64,000 nucleotides of DNA from a virus (Duplodnaviria > Caudoviricetes), in IMG/VR virus record IMGVR_UViG_3300030330_005983, positions 38,199-102,198 of that record. One strand, written 5' to 3'. The notes below the pieces were generated by a model. That model searched no databases and was not told the origin of the DNA. It was given only the letters and a program-made list of their open reading frames with translations. The translations under genes and the position numbers were made by a program. Below, piece after piece: positions 27,062-36,100 of this stretch (position 1 is its first letter; each line of letters starts with the position of its first letter).

Positions 27062-30000
27062 TTAAACCCCTTCTCCGCTTTGAGGTATACTTACGTCTTG
27101 CTCAAATCCAGAAACAAACAAATTTAAGTCCCCCTGCGCTAAAAACTGTTTTGTGAAATTTCTATAATCTAAGTCAAATTGTTGTTCCATTGCATTTACG
27201 CTGCACACTTTATTTGACACAACAAGCTCATCTATTAAAAACTCTTCTTGTTGTTTCGGCTCTAAGCTTATGTTTAATCCAAGATTAGAGTAGGGAACCG
27301 AATCAGACCCTCTTTGTAAGAGGCCTCCGACTTTAAATTTTATATCATCTGTATCAGTTTTTACTTCGTATCCATCCCATTTTTGAGATACGTCAGTGAT
27401 GGGCTTAATTTCAGGCATATATCCAGACTGCCCTGGATGCCCTTTTGCTGGAGAGGCAACTCTAACAAATGATTGATATAGCTCTGTATCTACCCAGTAA
27501 TTTATAAAATACCATCTATCGTCGTCAAATGGAATCATTAAGCCTGGAAGGTGTTCTGGGGTTAATTCTCCATCGTCATTGGTTTTCCCAATTCTTCCCA
27601 TTCTTCCTCCTGCTGTAGTGTTTACAAAAGGAATGAGTCCGCCAAAAGCAGAAAGCTCGCCTTGCAATTTATTTTCAGAATTAGGCTTGAGAAAATCTTT
27701 AAGAGAATTGAAAGGAGTGTCTCCGCTCGCTTTAACGTTTGAATTATGACCGGCATAATAAATTGACCACTGACCAGATGTTGCCGTGGTACTCCCTGCA
27801 AAACCAATCTCGCAGTTTCCTAATACTCCTCTAATACCAAGGGACCCGACTGGGGGGACGTATCCAGGTGCTGGGCCTTTTCTTTTTATCCAAAAAGATG
27901 TGGAAACACCTCTTCTTGCCGGAGTAAAGTTTCCAGCAGAATCAAGATGTCCGTCCTTGGGCGTAATTCTATGTTGGTCGTTGATAGATGGAGAACCAGA
28001 CTGTACCAATACGGTTCCATAATAAGGCGTTGATAAATCGCCTTTAAATCTTGATACTCCAGAGCCGGTAAGCGATGATGCTGGAAATCTATCGCTAGTT
28101 TGAAAAAATCCAGATTCAGGGGTATAAGGGCCAGTAAACGAGCCCCCAACTTTGCTACGCCATCCACTTGCATATAATTTAAATCCATAATCCTGAGAAT
28201 TATCATTTGTATTATTATCAAATTTATATAAAGAGCCGTCTGTACAATTTCTTTCAGAGCCAGCAAAAAGAAGGGCTTCTGATTTACTTGGTTTAAAATC
28301 AGAACTATCAACAAGTTCGTTTCTGAAAAATGAAACTGAATCGGGAGCTGTAATTCCACTAAAGCCTTGAGTATTTAGTCCAATTTTATTTGTATTTTCT
28401 AAGTCTGTATCTAAAAAGAACGAGTCTTCTGTTCTGGCTCGACCTCGAGAATCAGGCAGTCTCGTTGAGGCAGATATGTCTCCGGTATTGATTAATCCTT
28501 TCAGGTGCAATGTAAAATGTTCTTTAACACCGCTAGCAAAAACAATTAATTCATCACCCAAAATTACTCTGGGGTCTTTACCTTCAATATATAAAAGACC
28601 TCTTCTTTTTAAAGTAAAATTACCTATGTTCAACGGGGCAGTATTACTTTTTGGTATAGGAGCGTTTACAAACAAAGTTGAAAAAGAACTAGAGGAGTCT
28701 TTGATATTTGGTATGCTTAAATCAATTTCTTTTTGCGGCCCTCTACCAGAAATAAACATTGGGTAAAGACGACTAGCAAATTCGTCATTTATAAAAAATA
28801 GTCCAAAATTATTAATTGTTGCGTGAGGTTTAATTGATAAAGAAACAAGCTCTTTAAACTTTGTCCCCTCTACAAATAAGTTATTTTCGGATTGTGATTT
28901 TATTAGGCCTCTTGTGTGCAGAGGTATGCCTGAAGAGTCTACAAAAACTCCACCCTCGATAAATAACGGATTAACGCCACTTGCTTTTGGAGGGGAGAAC
29001 ATTGTAAGATTAATCTTATTGTCTAAAAGATTTGGCCCAGTGATAAACAAAGGCACGCCTTGAGGAAAGCCGCCAAATTCATATGCCCCAACATCGTACT
29101 CCTCAGTGCCAGGTCCAGATGCGAATGGCCTTGGCATAAGTCTTATGTCAGAAAGAACTGAGTCTATAGTTACTCCGCCGTTTATAGCTCTAGAATTTTT
29201 TCTTAATCTAAAGTCTGCTGTAGAAGAGACAGAAATTAAACCGCCAGAAGAATTTATTGATATTGTCTTGGTGGGGTTTTTGAATAGGGATGATGATGCT
29301 TGGTCAAACTGAACAGCAAGAACATCTGAAGTGTCTAGGACGCTGAAGTCCGTAGATATATTATTGCGAAAGTCTATAAAGCCATTTCCACCTGAAGAAA
29401 AAGAAAAGTCTGACCCATCAGAATCCGCTCCAATGCAATTAAATATTTGAACATCTGCCCCGCCATAAAATCCAGGAAGGGCCGTGTTGTGTACTCTGTA
29501 ACAAGAATTTTTATGTCCATATGCAGTGCAGTTATGACATTGTATTCCGGGTTTACCTCCGGCCATGTCTGAGCCGCCCAGCTCAAATCCAATATCCTGA
29601 TGTGTGGTTCCTATTGCAAGGCAATTTTTAAAAATATTTCCGGAGCTTGAAGTCGTTCCAACGCTAGATTTTGCCTTGAAGCAAAAATCGTTTTTTGAAG
29701 TTGCCCAACAATTTTCAACCGTCATATTTGACGCTGTGTCTATATCCATATGAAAGCCTCGAGTGCTCCCAAGACCATCAACCTTAGCATGGCTAACAGC
29801 TATGGTATTAACTTCTGTGCTGTCTTCTCCTGGATATATAATTGGACCGGTTGTTATGTTGCCGTTGTGAAGTTCTCCTGAAGAGGCAAAAATTCTTGGG
29901 TAGCCAGAGGGTGTCGGTGTAGACGACCAACCAGATAAGGTAAATGTACCAAGATTAAAGCCAGAAAAACACTCAGCCCATTGATATGGGTTGACCTTGT

Positions 30001-30097
30001 CGTCTGCATAATCTTCCCACGCTTGAATCGTGGTAAAATCACCTGTTCCCAGTGGGTGGCTTGAAGCCCTAATTGTTTTTATTCTTGGTCTAGCCAA
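27062..30097 (-). CDS. Tail fibre/appendage protein: beta-helix-like N-domain, repetitive shaft, LamG-like C-domain
   Basis: The N-terminus is paralogous to 43591..45117 and has NC-repeat ladders plus YDVGAYE. About 14 (L/M)(F/H/Y)(I/V)xG-like repeats follow. TSFWIK, DDRWYFI and IDELVV are LamG-like motifs. Confidence 0.6.
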   Translation of the reverse strand: MARPRIKTIRASSHPLGTGDFTTIQAWEDYADDKVNPYQWAECFSGFNLGTFTLSGWSSTPTPSGYPRIFASSGELHNGNITTGPIIYPGEDSTEVNTIAVSHAKVDGLGSTRGFHMDIDTASNMTVENCWATSKNDFCFKAKSSVGTTSSSGNIFKNCLAIGTTHQDIGFELGGSDMAGGKPGIQCHNCTAYGHKNSCYRVHNTALPGFYGGADVQIFNCIGADSDGSDFSFSSGGNGFIDFRNNISTDFSVLDTSDVLAVQFDQASSSLFKNPTKTISINSSGGLISVSSTADFRLRKNSRAINGGVTIDSVLSDIRLMPRPFASGPGTEEYDVGAYEFGGFPQGVPLFITGPNLLDNKINLTMFSPPKASGVNPLFIEGGVFVDSSGIPLHTRGLIKSQSENNLFVEGTKFKELVSLSIKPHATINNFGLFFINDEFASRLYPMFISGRGPQKEIDLSIPNIKDSSSSFSTLFVNAPIPKSNTAPLNIGNFTLKRRGLLYIEGKDPRVILGDELIVFASGVKEHFTLHLKGLINTGDISASTRLPDSRGRARTEDSFFLDTDLENTNKIGLNTQGFSGITAPDSVSFFRNELVDSSDFKPSKSEALLFAGSERNCTDGSLYKFDNNTNDNSQDYGFKLYASGWRSKVGGSFTGPYTPESGFFQTSDRFPASSLTGSGVSRFKGDLSTPYYGTVLVQSGSPSINDQHRITPKDGHLDSAGNFTPARRGVSTSFWIKRKGPAPGYVPPVGSLGIRGVLGNCEIGFAGSTTATSGQWSIYYAGHNSNVKASGDTPFNSLKDFLKPNSENKLQGELSAFGGLIPFVNTTAGGRMGRIGKTNDDGELTPEHLPGLMIPFDDDRWYFINYWVDTELYQSFVRVASPAKGHPGQSGYMPEIKPITDVSQKWDGYEVKTDTDDIKFKVGGLLQRGSDSVPYSNLGLNISLEPKQQEEFLIDELVVSNKVCSVNAMEQQFDLDYRNFTKQFLAQGDLNLFVSGFEQDVSIPQSGEGV

Positions 30098-30112
30098 TTT
30101 TATCTCCTGTCC

Positions 30113-33100
30113 TTACGCTGGAGTATCAACTTTTTCCGCTATTCTTGTCAGTTCCCTTTGTATTTCTTCAATAGTAGCGGATTTAACCGGTCCTTCCAGA
30201 CTATCTAGTCCCGTCACATTTACTTGAACAGCATCAAGTCCGCTTATTTGCATTTGTATGCCATCGCCAAAGCTTGTTGTAAAATTATTCAAAGAATCAG
30301 TAAGAGCTGTAATTTTTTCTGATGAAGAAAAATTCGACAAAGCATTTGTTAAAGAAGATATAGACGAACCGTCCCCGCCATCTGCCTGCTGCTTGCTCTC
30401 AAAAACTGCAACTAAACGCTCAACTCCACTTGCTGTTCTTTCTGCAACGCCTATAGCTTGAGTTGATTCCTGTGGTGCGGCAACCTGAAACGGAGCATCA
30501 ATCCCTGGGCTAATTGCTGTAGAGCTTGTTGCTCCTCCAAGACGTATCCCCGCTCCGGGAATTCCGTTATATATATTCGTGCTAGCCAAATCTACTGGTG
30601 GAATCGGATTGGGCTTGTCCGGCGTAGATGTGGTTGGAATTTTTTGTGTTTGAACGTTTTGTTTTTGTGTTTCTAACCTGCCTTCTCTATCTGTCAGCCC
30701 TTTAAGTTTTGCATTGACAGAATCCAGTCGAGATTCAAAAACGTCCCAGCCATCAGTCTTTTTTAACCCTTCATTAAGAGACCTAGCCTTTTGTTCTATG
30801 TCTGAAATATCAATATCGCCTCTTATTATGCTATTTTGTAAGCCTCTGTCGATATTAGCCTCGTCAAGTCTTTGACGCTCATCTAATATTCTTGTGCCTG
30901 CAGCGTCTTTTGCTCCACTAAAAATTGATTCAAATGCGGGTGCCATTTTCCCTATCATGTCCGACACATCGCCAAAATCTGTGTCAAAATAATCAGCATC
31001 AAAGTCAGTCAGGCTGTTAATGGCGACGGCTAATTTACTAAGCTCTTCAGGACTAAAATCAAGATTTTCCTGCTCACCAACTTGCTTAAATACTCTTTGT
31101 GATATTCTTGCTCGCTCATCCCTTCCGGCAATATTGTCTTCAACAGCAATGTTGCTAGCGTTTATTTCTTGGAAAATTTGACTGAGAGCCCTTCGCATTG
31201 GGCTGTTTATTGCGGCATCCATTTCCGCTCTAGTTGAGTTCGACAATCCCGGAACATCTGAACCAACACCGTGGCTTCGCGAGCGAATTTTTTTAGCCTC
31301 TGCTCCCCCAAATCCAGCACTCGTAATTCTATCAAGCCTGTGTAACTCTTTTGCCGACCTTCTAATTTCGTCAAAGCTAGAGGCGGCGCCTACAACTGCC
31401 TCTGCTTCCTTTCTGCCTCCAATTCCCATAGACGCAAGTTGGCCTCTTGTCGTTATTTTGTCTTGAGCCCGAACCTGTTCTTTTTGTGCGGTCTCTTTCT
31501 CTGCTTGTACTCGCTCTTGAGCTTGCGCGACTATGGCTTCCCTAATTGACCTTGTTCCTTCTACTATTGCGTTTTTAACTTCAACGTCTGTTGTCTCAAT
31601 CGTCTTCTCAAAAACCTCTTTTATTTTTTCTGCGGCTTGCCTCTGAACATTCATAGCCTCAAGTATCTTTTTCTCAAGTTCTTTCTCCCCCTTGCCTTTT
31701 TCCATACGTTTTTCCACTAAAACATCAATTTGTTTATCAGTTAACTTAGCCGCTGCGCTATTAGGAGGCGCCGCTCGAAGTTCTGCTTTTATCTGTTTCT
31801 TAGTTTGACGTTTTATAATTTCGTCAGCGTCAACCATAATTTTTTTCCCATCTCCTTGCTCCGCCTCCTTCTCAAAATCTCTGACTTTTATTCCAGCCCC
31901 CGCAAATTCTCTAAGTTGTGCCAGTCCACCTTGCATCATCTGCTCACCCTGAGGACCAAGTCTGGCTATCTCTTGAGGAAGCATGCCTCTTTGAAGCAGG
32001 TTAGCCCCTCTCATGCCTGTTGCAAAGTTTTGTCTTTGCTCTTTAGTTCCAAAAGCAATGTCTGTCAGCTTTGATTGAGTATACTCTCTTCTTTTTTGCT
32101 CTTCTCCTAGTTGCTTTTGTAAAACCGAAAGTGTTGTAGTTGATTCAGCAAGATTCGAGAGGCCAGCTCTAAGCCTTTGACCCTCTTGGCCTAGAGTATT
32201 CAGGCTATTAGTTGCGGCAAGATGTGCGGAGCTTCCAACTTCTAACTCTTTTATATATTCTCTTTGAGCTGCAATCTGTGCTTCATTTGCTTGAATTAAA
32301 TCACCAAGCTCTTGGGGGTCCATTGGATTATTAAGATTTGCACCATAACCCAAGAAATCCGTTCCAATAATAGCTCGTTGCTCTTCTTCAAATCTTCTCG
32401 CTGCTTCCTGTCGAGCTTCCTGGTCTGTTCTTGCGGCTACTGCATTTCCCGCTACATCTCTACCAAACTGTTGTTCAGCGTCATCCAATTGGTTTTGCTT
32501 CTGAAGTAATCGCTGCCTAGCTTGAGTGTAGGCCTCTTCAAGGTCATTTCTTTTCTGTAGCATAGAAAGAAGATTCTCTTGAGACTGAACTATTGCGTCA
32601 CCTATTTCTTGCAATGCTTGCAAAACCTGCGGCCCAACATCACCTCTTATTTTTTCAGCAACAGCTCTAGAATCGCCTATAATTTCATCTCTTGCAGTTC
32701 CCTCTCCTTTTTGACGGCCTGTTGTCATTGTTCCTACAGCAGTAACAACCGAATTAGCAATGGTTCCGGTAAAACCCTTTGATTGTAAAGATTTTTTAAC
32801 TGCATCAACCAACTTAATATCGCTGTCCATTCCTGGGCCAACTGCCTTTGCGGCATCAAATAATACTCCTGGTAATTCTTGAGCAAGCCGGGCTTGTTGT
32901 GCTGCCTGTTGTCTTACATTTTCATCACTACTTGCCTGTCTTATTGCCTGTGAAAGCATGGCGGGGTCAACTCTTTCTCCCTCAGCCGCTCTTCCTAATA
33001 TGTTGCCAGATTGTCTCGTGCCTCCAAAAGTTGCAGAAATATCTCCTCCTAACGCAGCATTAACTATTCCGCTTACCCTGTCTGCAAATTCAGACGTTAT

Positions 33101-36100
33101 GTCTGCGGCCCTAAGTATAGCGTCTCTAAAAGAGTTTATTTCAGAGATAAAGTCTCTTTGTGCGGCAAACGCTTCGGCGGCAGCGGCTTGGGCTTCCCTT
33201 AGTCTTCTAGCTACATCAATCTGCCTCTTATATTCTCCCCTTAACTCCTCGTAAGGAACACCCGTCAATCTACTAAGAATCTCAATTGCTTCTCGACCCT
33301 TTCCTCCCATCATTGACTCAAAGTCTGAAATGCTCTCTGAGCCCTTTGCCATTTCTCCAGTCATTTTTTGAAGCTCTGGAACTAATCTTTTCATTTCCTG
33401 TTCCATTTTTTCCATTTGCTCAAGGTCGCCAGCACTAGCCATATTATCCATAGCTCTATTTACATCGTTAACTATACTTCCAACGACAGAGGACGTAGCT
33501 CCTTGGCGTTCCAGTTTTTTCATGTTTTTGTCTATGCTTTCTAAATGTCGAGCCTGCCTTCCCCTGTTTATTGCATCTACAACTTCTTTATTTGACCCGA
33601 AAATTCCAGCAACCAGACCGCCTATTGCTCCAACTACACTACCAATTAGCCCACCAAGAAGAGTTCCTATGACAGGTATAAAGCTTCCAATCGCTGCTCC
33701 TGCAACAGCGCCTCCAGCCATTCCTGTTCCAGTGGCGCTAATTACTTTGCCTTTTGTAAACTTTGCTTGTGCTGCGTTTTCGTCTGCAGTGTTTTTAGCT
33801 CTTTCTGCCGATTCTACGGCTTCTTTCTTTAATTTCTCTCCAAAAGACCTTATTGCTACTCCAGCAGAAGCGAGTGCGCTTACGACTGCTAGGGCGCCTG
33901 CGGAAGTTCTAGTCAAAGCTGCTCCAAAGGCTTTAACGTTGCCTCTGACTTTACCCATTCCTAAAGTATTTACGTTTCTATTGCTAAGGGCGCTAAAAGT
34001 TCTTCCAAATGACGCTCTGCTAAATCTTTTTCCGCCTGCAGCGCCAGGAAGGCCCTCAAGAAGCTTTTGCGCACCAAGGCTTTCAAAAGCAATCTTAACA
34101 GTAAGAAGAGTTCCAAGAAAACCGGTGAGTCCTGACACGAGATTTGAAAAAGTCTTGTTAGTCGTTCCAACGCTTGCGGCAAGCTGTTCTAGAATATTTG
34201 GAAGAACAATAGCCGCGGCAGTAAGCTTTTCAAACCCTCGACCAGAATCGCCTCCACTAGCCCTTCCACCGCGTCGAAATTTTTTAACTATTCCGCCAGA
34301 AGCAAAGCCTTGAGCTTGACCTTTATTTATTTTGTCTAATGCCCCATAACCAATTCTTTGAGCAGATTTTTTATTTACTACAAATTCGCCAGGAGTAAGA
34401 AGTGCGGGAACAGTATCAGAGCCAGATATTCCACCTCCCGAAGCTCTCCTTGCTACTTTCAGGCGATTTTGAATAGAGTCTTTATTGACATTGGCTATAT
34501 CCCTCCACTTTGTTCGTTTTTGGTTGTTAAATTCTCTTGTGACTTTTGTTCCTTTTAAGCCTGCCTTCATCTCCTGAAGGCTTCTTTTAACTTCTCCTGT
34601 TTTTAATTTTTCTGCGCCAGGACCAAACAGCTTGCCCCATGCGCTTCGCTGATTTTTGGTTATTTCAGGAATGTCAAACGCCGCTTTGTCACCTCCCATA
34701 GCTGTTCCCGTTAAAGCAGTTAGAACGCCTTCATAAATGAAACCCGCTACTGAGCTAATAACATTGGGGTCTGATTCAGTGGCCGCCTTAGCCGCGGCTA
34801 TATTATTATCATCTACAGAAACCCCAGCCTTTTTGAAAGTGGCATTCTTTTTTAATTTCGAAACCGCCCTTCCTACTCCACTACTAGCCCCTTTCGCCGC
34901 AGCCCTATCGATTTGTGTCCCCATAACTTCTTTCAGGTCCCCTGGAGAAGGAGCGTAGCTCATGAAAGTTTGTTTATTCATGGACCCCTGTAGTCTTGTT
35001 GCGGCGCGTTGTCTTGAAGAAAGTTTATGTTTTTTTGCGGTTGACCTTTTCCAGTAATCTATAAAAGCTGGGTTTGTAATATCGAAGCTTTTAATTCCGG
35101 GATATCTGATTGCAGTATCAGCTCCGCCTTTAGTTTTTGCCCCATCTCGTAAATGGATTCCTCCGATATGAGTTCGGGGAGTCATGTTAATTGGAAGGCC
35201 ACCAGGGAATCCTCTAAGGGGAAGTTCGTCTGCGTCTGCCTTTTTCTTTCCTCTTTTCATAGCAGCTCTGTCGTTTGCTCTTTTTTGAGCGACGGTAAGC
35301 GGCTTACTTTTTCTGGTCTGACCATAAAGAAGAGCGTGTCCATCGGGTAGGCCTCTGCCTGAAGAAATCTTACCGCCCATTGCTTTCCTGGCTTTAATAG
35401 ATTTAACGCCAGGAATTTTAGATGCAGCCAAAACATTGGCATCATCATCATCAAGAAATGTTATGTTTCCATATTGTTTTTTAAGACGGTTAAGAACTTG
35501 AGCTTTCTTTTGAGACGTATCTCCTGGTCCCGGACTTCCTCCAACACCAATAATGTCTTTTGCGGTGACCCCAATTTTACTCATAAACCCGCTAATGCCC
35601 CTCCTAGTGGAACTATCACCGGGTCTAGCTGTGACCACGAATATATCGTGTCCCCTTGACGCTCTTGTTTTTGCCATAGACGCTATTTTTGTAGCTGTTG
35701 CACTCTTGACAAAAGACTCCCCTCTTTTGCCTCTAAAATCAACGTATGGGTCTTCGGCGCCCTCTCTGACAACGGCATCGCTAACGGCTAATGTGTCGTC
35801 AAAATCAAAAGCGTAAGCGCGCTTTGATTTAGATATTCCTCGTCTTTTTTTGCCACCCCTGTTAAGTCTTTGTAAATTTTCAGCCCCATATTTTTCAACA
35901 GAGCTTTTTCTAATAACAAACTCGCCCGGCTCAAGCATAGCAGGAACGGTGTCACCAGTGCCTGTTCCAGGAACAATACCTCCAGTAGCAAATCTTCTCC
36001 TTCCGCTTCTTCCGCCCATCGCTCCTGAAGATATAATTTTTTGGTTGGATGAAGATAGACGGTTAATTGGTGGTATTAAAGAGTTTACCGCTGCTGTAAG

